A DNA stretch of 64,000 nt, taken from NCBI GenBank assembly GCA_963730185.1, contig CAVSQW010000007.1, forward strand, positions 128,001 to 192,000, read 5' to 3'. Both the position numbers and the translations under genes were made by a program. The DNA is from an uncultured Gemmatimonadales bacterium (GTDB taxonomy: Bacteria > Gemmatimonadota > Gemmatimonadetes > Gemmatimonadales > GWC2-71-9). A model generated the notes under the pieces. It saw only the letters and a program-made list of their open reading frames with translations, did not search any database and had not been told where the DNA came from. Below are positions 48,486 to 58,512 of this stretch, one piece after another; position 1 is the stretch's first letter, and each line of letters begins with the position of its first letter.

Positions 48486-49259
48486 TCAGCTGAGCATCCC
48501 CGTGGTGGGCGACGACGGCACCGCGATCTCGCGCCGCGGCATCCGCCCGGCCAGATAGGCGTCGCGTCCAGCCAGCACCGCATGCCGCATCGCCCTCGCC
48601 ATCAGGATCGGGTCGAGCGCCTCGGCCAGGGCCGTGTTCATCAGGATCCCATCCACGCCCTGCTCCATCACCAGGCAGGCGTCGGACGCGGTGCCGACCC
48701 CGGCGTCGACGATCACCGGCACGGTGAGCCGGCGCTTGATGGTCCGGATCGAGTATGGATTGATCAGGCCCAGGCCCGACCCGATCGGCGAGGCGAGCGG
48801 CATCACGGCGGCGCAGCCCGCGTCCTCCAGCCGGAGCGCGGTGATCAGGTCGTCGTTGGTGTAGGCCAGCACCTGGAAGCCCTCCTTGACCAGCGTCCGG
48901 GCGGCCGCCAGGAGGCCGTCCACGTCGGGCAGCAGGGTCTCCCGGTCGCCGATCACCTCGAGCTTGACGAACTCGTTGAAGCCGGCCTCGCGGCCCAGTC
49001 GGGCATAGCGCACCGCCTCGTCGGCGCTGTAGCAGCCGGCCGTGTTGGCGAGCAGGAAGAACCGCTCCGGCGAGAGATGATGCAGGATGCCTTCCTGGTT
49101 GGCCCGGTCGAGATCGACCCGGCGGACGGCCACGGTGACGACCTCGGCGCCGGCGGCGTCGATCGCGGCCACCATCTCCTCGTTGGACCGGTACTTCCCG
49201 GTGCCGACGAAGAGGCGGGAGTGGAAGGGGTGGTTGGCGATCGTGAAGAAGTCGGACAT
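48486..49259 (-). CDS. thiG: Thiazole synthase
   Basis: SRLFVGTGKY, NTAGC, VKLEVIGD, MPLASPIGSGLG, VDAGVG. Confidence 0.96.
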   Translation of the reverse strand: MSDFFTIANHPFHSRLFVGTGKYRSNEEMVAAIDAAGAEVVTVAVRRVDLDRANQEGILHHLSPERFFLLANTAGCYSADEAVRYARLGREAGFNEFVKLEVIGDRETLLPDVDGLLAAARTLVKEGFQVLAYTNDDLITALRLEDAGCAAVMPLASPIGSGLGLINPYSIRTIKRRLTVPVIVDAGVGTASDACLVMEQGVDGILMNTALAEALDPILMARAMRHAVLAGRDAYLAGRMPRREIAVPSSPTTGMLS

Positions 49260-49273
49260 GTCGCGCAGCTCCA

Positions 49274-49305
49274 GACGGACGGACTGACTGACAGACGGAC
49301 GGACG
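49274..49305. repeat. Degenerate tetranucleotide tandem repeat (GACN)x8 in the thiS-thiG spacer
   Basis: gacg gacg gact gact gaca gacg gacg gacg. Confidence 0.75.
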
Positions 49306-49311
49306 ACGAGC

Positions 49312-49524
49312 TCAGCCGCCGCCGACGAAATGTACGATCTCGATGGTGTCGCCGTCGGCAACCGGCGCGCCGGGGAGATCGGCCCGGCGGACGATGGCTC
49401 GGTTCCGCTCGACGACCACGGCGCGGGGGTCGAGGCCGAGATGCGCGAGAAGCTCCACCAGCGTGGCGAGGGTCGGGACGGTGCGGGCCTCGCCATTGAT
49501 GGTCAGGATCATCGAGTCACTCAT
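49312..49524 (-). CDS. thiS: Sulfur carrier protein ThiS
   Basis: LTINGE…VVVERN…EIVHFVGGG C-terminal GG. Confidence 0.95.
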   Translation of the reverse strand: MSDSMILTINGEARTVPTLATLVELLAHLGLDPRAVVVERNRAIVRRADLPGAPVADGDTIEIVHFVGGG

Positions 49525-50138
49525 CCTGCCAACGCCTCCAGAAACGCCATCGTCTCCCGCGCCGGGTCGGCCGCCTGCCAGAGGGCCGAGATCGCGGCCA
49601 CGCCCCACACGCCGGTCGCGAGGAGCTCCGGCACCCGGGCGGCCGTGATCCCTCCGATGGCGACGACCCGGGGCACGGCGGCCGTGATCTGGGCGAGCCA
49701 GTCGATCCCTTGGGCGGGCCGGCCCGGATGGCTGCCGGTCTGGTAGACGTTCCCCGCCACCACGAAGTCGGCTCCCTCGGCCGCGGCCCGAGCTGCCTCC
49801 CCGGCGGTATGCACCGAGACGCCGATCCAGGCGTCGGGCGCCACCAGGCGGGCGTCGCCGGGCGACAGGTCGTCGAGCCGGAGCTGCACTCCGGCCGCCC
49901 CCGCCATCCGGGCCAGGGCCGGGTCGCCATGGGCGAAGAGCGCCGCTTCGGCCGGCCGGGCGAGCGCGCCGGCCCGATCGGTGAACCGGAGCCGCTCGGC
50001 GGCGGCGGCGTCGGGGGCCCGCACCACGAGGGCCACGCTCGAGCCGCCCGACGCGATCGCGGCCGCCCGGGCCCCGAAGTCGTCGGCCCGGCAGATGGCC
50101 GAGTCGGTCCAGGCGAACACCCGGGGGAGCGGTCTCAT
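49521..50138 (-). CDS. thiE: Thiamine phosphate synthase (ThiE/TenI family)
   Basis: IGVSVH, GADFV, TGSHP, VVAIGGIT, GVAAIS; divergent, could be TenI-like. Confidence 0.75.
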   Translation of the reverse strand: MRPLPRVFAWTDSAICRADDFGARAAAIASGGSSVALVVRAPDAAAAERLRFTDRAGALARPAEAALFAHGDPALARMAGAAGVQLRLDDLSPGDARLVAPDAWIGVSVHTAGEAARAAAEGADFVVAGNVYQTGSHPGRPAQGIDWLAQITAAVPRVVAIGGITAARVPELLATGVWGVAAISALWQAADPARETMAFLEALAG

Positions 50139-51076
50139 CCGAGTCGGGCCTCGGCCGGCAGAGGGTGGCCCCGGAGCCACTCGTCGGCCGGCATCCTGGT
50201 CCGCCCGGCCGGCTGGACCTCCCCGATCCGGACCGCCCCCGTTCCGGCGGCGACGACCAGGGCGCCGTCGGCGGCGACCAGGGTGCCGCCGACGGTGATC
50301 GGCCCGCCGGGCGTCCCGGCGCCGGCCACGACCCGGGGGCGGAAACACTTGAGCTCGAGCCCGCCTAACGAGGTCCACGCGCCCGGTACCGGATCGAAGG
50401 CCCTGATCCGGCGGGCCACCTCGTCGCCCGACCGGGTCCAGTCGATCCGAGCCGTCTCCCGACCGATCTTCGGGGCCAAGGTGGCCAGCGACGGATCCTG
50501 GGGCGTCGCCTCGGCAGCATCGTCGAACCGGTCCAGGACGTCGACCAGGGCGCCGGCGCCGAGCCGGGCGAGCCGCTCGGTGAGGTCGCCGCCGGTCTCA
50601 TCCGGGCCGATCGGGGTCGCCTCCCGGCCCAGCATCGGCCCGCTGTCCATTCCCGCGTCCATCCGCATGATGGTGACCCCCGTCTCCCGGTCTCCCGCCG
50701 CGATCGCCCACTGGATCGGGGCGGCGCCGCGATGGCGGGGCAGGAGGCTCGCGTGGACGTTGATCATCCCGTGCCGGGGGATGGCCAGGATCTCCGGCCG
50801 AAGGATGTGCCCGTAGGCGACGACCACGCCCAGGTCCGGGGTCAGGTCCCGGAGCCAGCCGGCGAACGGGTCGCCGCGGGGCCGCTCCGGTTGGGACACG
50901 GGGACGCCGGCAGTCTGGGCGCGGACCTTCACGGGGGGAGCGACGAGGGTGGAGCGGGAGCGTCCTCGGGGGCGGTCCGGCTGGGTGACCGCCGCCACGA
51001 CCGGGTGGCCGCGTTCGAGCAGGGCCTCGAGGCTCGGCACGGCGAACGCAGGCGTGCCGAAGAACACGATCCGCAT
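50135..51076 (-). CDS. fmt: Methionyl-tRNA formyltransferase
   Basis: FFGTPAFA, TQPDRPRGR, NVHASLLPRHRGAAPI, MDAGMDSG. Confidence 0.96.
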   Translation of the reverse strand: MRIVFFGTPAFAVPSLEALLERGHPVVAAVTQPDRPRGRSRSTLVAPPVKVRAQTAGVPVSQPERPRGDPFAGWLRDLTPDLGVVVAYGHILRPEILAIPRHGMINVHASLLPRHRGAAPIQWAIAAGDRETGVTIMRMDAGMDSGPMLGREATPIGPDETGGDLTERLARLGAGALVDVLDRFDDAAEATPQDPSLATLAPKIGRETARIDWTRSGDEVARRIRAFDPVPGAWTSLGGLELKCFRPRVVAGAGTPGGPITVGGTLVAADGALVVAAGTGAVRIGEVQPAGRTRMPADEWLRGHPLPAEARLG

Positions 51077-51608
51077 CAGGATCGGGCGCCGTCCTCCGGC
51101 ACGACCTTCTTCACCACCGCCTCGCCTCGATGCTCCTTCTTCCAGCGCTTGAGCAGCATCTGGCGCTTGAGCATGCTCACGTGGTCGAGGAAGAGAATCC
51201 CGTCCAGGTGGTCGATCTCGTGCTGGACCGCCCGCGCCACGTGACCGTCGAGCTCGCGCCGATACGGCTCGCCCTCGCGATCCAGGGCCTCCACCACGAT
51301 CCGGGCGGGCCGGGTCACCTCGGCGTAGAGCTCGGGAATCGAGAGGCAGCCCTCTTCGCCCCGGGAGCTGCCCTCGGCGCTGAGGATCACGGGGTTCACC
51401 ATGGCGAACCGGTCGCCGTCGATGCCCACCACCGCCACCCGCCGGGTCACCCCGACCTGATTGGCCGCGAGCCCGACGCCCTTGGCGGCGTCCATGGTCT
51501 CGAAGAGATCGTCGATGAACTGCTTGACCTCGTCATCCACCTCCGCGACGTCGTCGCTCCGGGTCCGGAGCACGGACGACCCCAGGAGGTGCAGGTCCAA
51601 CAACGACA

Positions 51609-51609
<1 letters not shown>
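51076..51609 (-). CDS. def: Peptide deformylase
   Basis: GVGLAANQVG, EGCLS, QHEIDHLDG. Confidence 0.96.
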
Positions 51610-53966
<2,357 letters not shown>

Positions 53967-54000
53967 GTCTGCCTTTCCGTGAGGCGTCCCTAAGAGGTAC

Positions 54001-54120
54001 CGTCCCTCGCTCTCCGCGTCCATCCGTCCCCGCGGTCCCGCCCCCTTCGGCCTCCCCCTCAGCCCCCGCGTCCCCCGTCGCCCCCGCTTCCATCGTCCTC
54101 GTTCCCCCGTTCCTCCGGGT
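54001..54120. repeat. Strand-asymmetric C-rich low-complexity tract with ~8-9-nt periodicity
   Basis: Repeated CCCCC runs on + strand (G5 runs on the transcribed minus strand), almost no A. Confidence 0.55.
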
Positions 54121-54130
54121 CCACCAACCG

Positions 54131-55624
54131 TCACGCGGCCGTATGGCGATACAGGTGGCGTACGCCCGGGTCACCCAGCCCGGCGTGATTGAAGGGCGCG
54201 ATCAAGCGGGCGATCTCGGCCTCGAACCCCGCGTCGTCGTCCGGGCGGCCGGCCAGCCGGGCGTCGAGCGCGGCCCCGGCCTGCCGCGCCAGCAGTCGAA
54301 CCGCGGGATCGTCCGCCAGGAAGAGCGCTCCGGTCCGGTCGCCGCCGGTCGTCCGTCGCTTCTCCCAGGTGGTGACGGCGGCGAAGAACACCAGACTGAA
54401 GGCCCGGAAGAGCGGGAACCGGCCCATCGCGCGGTAGCATCCGCCCACCAGCTCGTCGATCAGGGCCAGCTCCGCCTGGACGAGGCTCTCATAACCCGTC
54501 ATGGCTCGATCCAGGGAGGAACGCCCCCAGTGCTCGCCCAGGTCCGTGGCCAGCCGCTCGACGCCGTGCATCGTCTGGGCGATCCCCGTGCTGTGGAGCG
54601 GATCGACGAATCCGGCCGAATGGGGAAGGAGCGCCCAGGTGGGGCCGGCGGCGGGGCGGAGCCGGCGCTGGAGGCGCCCGGTCCGGCGGAGGCCCCCGGC
54701 CGGCGCTACCAGCTCCGCGCCGGCGAACTGCCGGGCGACCGACGGCAGGCGGCTGAGCAGGGCACCCCATTCCTCGCCGGGTGGCCGCCCGGGATCCAGG
54801 GGATGGCGTCGGAAGTCGAGCGCGAATCCCGCGCTGGTCACCCCGTCGTCGAACCGGAGCGTCCACATCCAGCCGCCGTCGAACACGTGGTGCAACGCCG
54901 CGCGGTCGCAGGGGAAAGGATGGTCGTCGATCCGGCCGCCGCCTCGCTCCAGCACCTCGGCCCAGGGCGGGACGCCCCGGAAGTGCCCGAACAGGGCCCG
55001 CGAGGCGGTGGTCATGGTCGCGCGCTGGTCGGCGAGCGAGAGCGGCTCCCGGAGCAGCCCGGCGTCGCCGGTGGCGTCGACCAGGAACCGGGCCGCGATC
55101 GTCACCGGCCGGTCCAGCCGGGCGCCCTCGAGACGCCAGCCGTTCGGGGCGGTCCGGGCCGCGACCTCGGTCCGGTCCAGGAACTCGACGCCCGCGTCGC
55201 GGGCTTCGTCCACCAGAAAGGCGTCCACGGCCGACCGGAGCCAGTGGGTGTCGGCCTGGTCCTCGCCGACGCTCGCGGCCACCAGCAGCTCGTTGCCGTG
55301 GGCTGGGTCGGGGACGAAGGCAGCCCCGGCCTGGTGCCCGAAGTAGCTGAACCCCCGCTTCGGGCCGCGGGTGAGGTCGGGATAGGCCCGACACCAGCTT
55401 CCGTAGCGGGTCAGCGGGGCCAGGCGGGGCAGGTCGTAGCGCCGGGCCAGGTCGCCGAGGATCAGGTCGGCGGCGGGGGTGGACGACTCACCGATGGCGA
55501 AGCGGGGGTGGTGTGCCCGGTCCAGGAGCACCACTCGTCTCCCGAGCCGGGTCAGGATCAGGGCGAGCAGGCTCCCCCCGAACCCCGAGCCGGCGATCGC
55601 GACGTCGCAGTCCAGGACCCTCAC
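54131..55624 (-). CDS. Flavin-dependent halogenase-like protein, PrnC/CtcP type
   Basis: GSGFGG FAD motif; HPRFAIGESS; GPKRGF (conserved Lys position); ALHHVFDGGWMWTLRF (WxW); HSAGFVDPLHSTG; GTG start overlaps rSAM stop. Confidence 0.85.
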   Translation of the reverse strand: MRVLDCDVAIAGSGFGGSLLALILTRLGRRVVLLDRAHHPRFAIGESSTPAADLILGDLARRYDLPRLAPLTRYGSWCRAYPDLTRGPKRGFSYFGHQAGAAFVPDPAHGNELLVAASVGEDQADTHWLRSAVDAFLVDEARDAGVEFLDRTEVAARTAPNGWRLEGARLDRPVTIAARFLVDATGDAGLLREPLSLADQRATMTTASRALFGHFRGVPPWAEVLERGGGRIDDHPFPCDRAALHHVFDGGWMWTLRFDDGVTSAGFALDFRRHPLDPGRPPGEEWGALLSRLPSVARQFAGAELVAPAGGLRRTGRLQRRLRPAAGPTWALLPHSAGFVDPLHSTGIAQTMHGVERLATDLGEHWGRSSLDRAMTGYESLVQAELALIDELVGGCYRAMGRFPLFRAFSLVFFAAVTTWEKRRTTGGDRTGALFLADDPAVRLLARQAGAALDARLAGRPDDDAGFEAEIARLIAPFNHAGLGDPGVRHLYRHTAA

Positions 55625-56568
55625 GCGCCGCAGGGCTCGCAGCGAACCGCCGGGAGGATCCGCTGGTCGAGGTTCATCCGGTGGAGCCGCTCGCGGCGGT
55701 CGGCGCGGCAGTGGGGGCAGGCGGCGACCTGCTCGAAATCCCAGAGATCCATGAAGACCCGCCCCCGGCCGAGCCCGATCCCGGCCGCCAGGGCGCGCTC
55801 GATGGCGCCGAGCGAAGGCGGCCCGGCTCGGCCCTCGCGCGCGAGCTTGGCCAGCAGTCCGCCGTCGGTCCGAGTGGGCACCATCGCGACGCACCCGACC
55901 CCCCGCTCGAACGCCCACTGGGCCGATCGAATCGCCCAGTCGACCCCTTCCTCGTCGCCGAGGAAGGGCGGGCGAAGCAGGACGAAGGCCCGAACCGCGA
56001 TGTCGCTCCGGAGCAGCCGGTCCACGGCCCGCGCGAAATCGTCCAGCGTCATCCGCTTGTTGAGGGCGGGGAGGACCTCCGGGTGGACCGTCTCGAGTCC
56101 CAGCGCCACCTCGAGGCCGGTCCCGAGCCGATCCCGAAAGGCGTCACACCGCTCGTCGGTCAATCGGGGGTGGTTCTCGACGATGACGGTCTCGAACCCG
56201 CCAACCCGCTCGACGATCGCGACGTGGTCGGCGGGCGGAATCGCGCGAGGGTCGAAGAAGTTGCCGGCGTTGTAGAGCTTGATCTGACGGGCGGGTGGCA
56301 GCACCGCGAGTGCCCGATCGAGCTGCGCCGGGATCGCGCCGACCGGCACGGTCTCGTTCGTGGTTCCGGCCCAGAGGTCGCACATCAGACAGCGGAAGGG
56401 GCACTCGCGGTTGGTGAGCAGCACCGTCGCGACGCTCACCACTTCGCCTGAGGCGGAGCGCTCCGGCTCGACGAAGAAGCCTTGGGGTCGGGTCGGGTCG
56501 ACCGGCCGCTTGGGGCCCCGGGCCGCGAGGATCTCGCGATCGGTGGCCCGGGCGACTCCCTCAGGCAT
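55621..56568 (-). CDS. Radical SAM enzyme resembling archaeal RaSEA (TIGR01210-like)
   Basis: CPFRCLMC (CxxxCxxC); IKLYNAGNFFD, IVENHP, EVALGLET, LNKRMT, AFVLLRPPFL; extra C-terminal CPHC and CEPC. Confidence 0.85.
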   Translation of the reverse strand: MPEGVARATDREILAARGPKRPVDPTRPQGFFVEPERSASGEVVSVATVLLTNRECPFRCLMCDLWAGTTNETVPVGAIPAQLDRALAVLPPARQIKLYNAGNFFDPRAIPPADHVAIVERVGGFETVIVENHPRLTDERCDAFRDRLGTGLEVALGLETVHPEVLPALNKRMTLDDFARAVDRLLRSDIAVRAFVLLRPPFLGDEEGVDWAIRSAQWAFERGVGCVAMVPTRTDGGLLAKLAREGRAGPPSLGAIERALAAGIGLGRGRVFMDLWDFEQVAACPHCRADRRERLHRMNLDQRILPAVRCEPCGA

Positions 56569-57886
56569 GGAGCGCCGCGAACGCCTTTCGGTAGCCGGAC
56601 TCGTCGGCCGGAAACAGCGCATCGAAGCCGCTCCGCCGGACGGCGCCGTGCTGGAAGCGGCGCTTCTCGAAGGCCGGCATGGCCAGACCGGTGACCGCCC
56701 GGACGCCCCGGGTGACGATCTCACCCTTGAGGGCGTAGAGCTTGTCGGGGTCGAACCCGGTGAGCTCGACGAACGGGATCCCCTCGGCCACTTCGATGAC
56801 GTTGGGCACGGCGTAGGGGCTGAACCCCTCGAACCCGAGGGCCCGGGCCGGCGCCCAGGACCGGACCTGGCCGCGGCTCTGGCCGCCCGAGTAGGTGAGC
56901 GAGTGCTTGACGGCCTCGACTCCCCAGCCCTCCTGGTAGAGCATCAAGTTGTTGAGCACGCTCCGAATGGTGAGCTCCGAGTTCTCCTCGATCGGGTAGT
57001 CCTTGAGGTTCTCGTCGCCGCCGTCCCCATCCACCAGATACCGCCAGTCGGGATACCGGGCCCGAATGCCCCGGCAGAGCGCCAGCGCCATGGTGGCGGA
57101 CTGGACGTCGAGCGGCTTGTAGTCTTCGATGACCCGGATGGCCTCGCGATAGTCGAGCGCGTCAGGCGAGACCTCGATCGGTTCCAGGAACATGCCGAGG
57201 CCCAGCGCGTCGAGAAACCGGCGGGCCTGGTCGAGGTCGGGGCCGCCGCCGTCGACGGCGAGCGTGAACGCCTTGAGCCGGGCCGGCGACTGTCCCCGGC
57301 GGAGGAGGCGGTGATAGAGGGCCAGAAAGACGGAGCCGCTGTCGATCCCGCCGGAAAAGGGCACCCCGATCGGCGCGTCGGGCTCGACGTGATCGAGCCA
57401 GCGGTCGAGCTCCCGCGCGAGCGTCGCGACGTAGGTCCAGCCGATTTCGTCGAGATCGGTGCCGAGGCGGTTCCGTTCCGGCGTGAAGTACCGGACCGGC
57501 GTGGGATTGGGGTCCGGGCACCCCACCAGGGCCAGCTCCACCACGTAGTGGGCCGGCACCATTCTGGTGTAGGACGGGTGGAACTGTCCGGCCAGCCCTT
57601 CGCTCTCCAGGAAGGCCCGGATCTCGTCGATCCGCTCGGCGATCACGAGACACGGCCCCTCCGCCCGCTTGGCGAGGAAGAAACGCATCGGGCGCCCGAT
57701 CGAGCGGGCCATCCGGACTGTGATCCCCTGCTTGTGGACCAGGGCGAAGACGCCGTCGATCTCGCGGACCTGGGTCGGGTCGCCGGAGCCGACCCGGGCG
57801 GTCGCTTCGTCCACCGACATGTTGAAGAGCGTGTTCGCAGAGGGGTCCAGCAGATTGACGAGACGTTCGACGGTCGTGGTATGCAT
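56561..57886 (-). CDS. Asparagine-synthetase-like ATP pyrophosphatase with truncated glutaminase domain
   Basis: PP-loop FSGGIDS; DGDGGDE (cf. SGEGADE); KRRFQ; N-domain keeps IDGVFALV…MARSIGRPMRF but has no N-terminal Cys. Confidence 0.85.
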   Translation of the reverse strand: MHTTTVERLVNLLDPSANTLFNMSVDEATARVGSGDPTQVREIDGVFALVHKQGITVRMARSIGRPMRFFLAKRAEGPCLVIAERIDEIRAFLESEGLAGQFHPSYTRMVPAHYVVELALVGCPDPNPTPVRYFTPERNRLGTDLDEIGWTYVATLARELDRWLDHVEPDAPIGVPFSGGIDSGSVFLALYHRLLRRGQSPARLKAFTLAVDGGGPDLDQARRFLDALGLGMFLEPIEVSPDALDYREAIRVIEDYKPLDVQSATMALALCRGIRARYPDWRYLVDGDGGDENLKDYPIEENSELTIRSVLNNLMLYQEGWGVEAVKHSLTYSGGQSRGQVRSWAPARALGFEGFSPYAVPNVIEVAEGIPFVELTGFDPDKLYALKGEIVTRGVRAVTGLAMPAFEKRRFQHGAVRRSGFDALFPADESGYRKAFAALHA

Positions 57887-57944
57887 CGATCCGGTCGGTG
57901 AGGCGTGGCTGGGGGCGGAGTCGACGAAGGTCGTGGAAAGATAG

Positions 57945-58493
57945 TCAGGGCTCCCGATCCACCGCCTGCCGCAGGAAGGCCGGCCGGACGACGGGCTCGC
58001 GGGCGACGCGAATCACGATCTCGATCTGCTCGAGCAACTCGGCCTGTTCGTGGTGGTCGCCGGGAGCAGTCGCCACCTCACTCCTGAGCGCGAGGAGATC
58101 GGACTCGCGGCGAGCCCGGTCGCCGGGGCCGGCCGGCGTACCGCGGAGGCGCTCCAGCCGACGGCGGAAGGCGGCGAAGCGGTACGACGTGCCGCCGACG
58201 GGGCTGATCAACGTCAGACCACCGGCGACGAAGGTGCCCAGGCCCACGCCGGCGAGCACGGCCCGGGTCGTGGTGAAGCCGGCGATCCCGGATCCAAACG
58301 CGGAGCCGAGCAGGCCCAGCAAGCTCACGGCGCCCGTGGCGACCAGACCGATCCCGACCAGGCCCCGCCGCTGACGGAGCCGCTCCTTCCAGCCGCCGAG
58401 CTGGCCCGCCGCCGCGATCATGCCGACCGACGATGCGAGGAGCGTCAGCCCCACGCCGATCAGCTGGCCGACCGAGCCGGTGGAGCTCGCCAT
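57945..58493 (-). CDS. Hypothetical membrane protein (about 3 TM plus a cytoplasmic helical tail)
   Basis: Three Gly-rich hydrophobic segments; fills the gap between the S9 peptidase and the Asn-synthetase-like gene. Confidence 0.6.
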   Translation of the reverse strand: MASSTGSVGQLIGVGLTLLASSVGMIAAAGQLGGWKERLRQRRGLVGIGLVATGAVSLLGLLGSAFGSGIAGFTTTRAVLAGVGLGTFVAGGLTLISPVGGTSYRFAAFRRRLERLRGTPAGPGDRARRESDLLALRSEVATAPGDHHEQAELLEQIEIVIRVAREPVVRPAFLRQAVDREP

Positions 58494-58512
58494 TGTCGGG
58501 GACGGCGGCGAC

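Noticed and set aside
48486..49496. ThiS-ThiG fusion or N-terminally extended ThiG suggested by the 336-aa ORF
   Set aside because: thiS is in a different frame with its own stop at 49312; thiG has a GGAG SD and ATG at 49259
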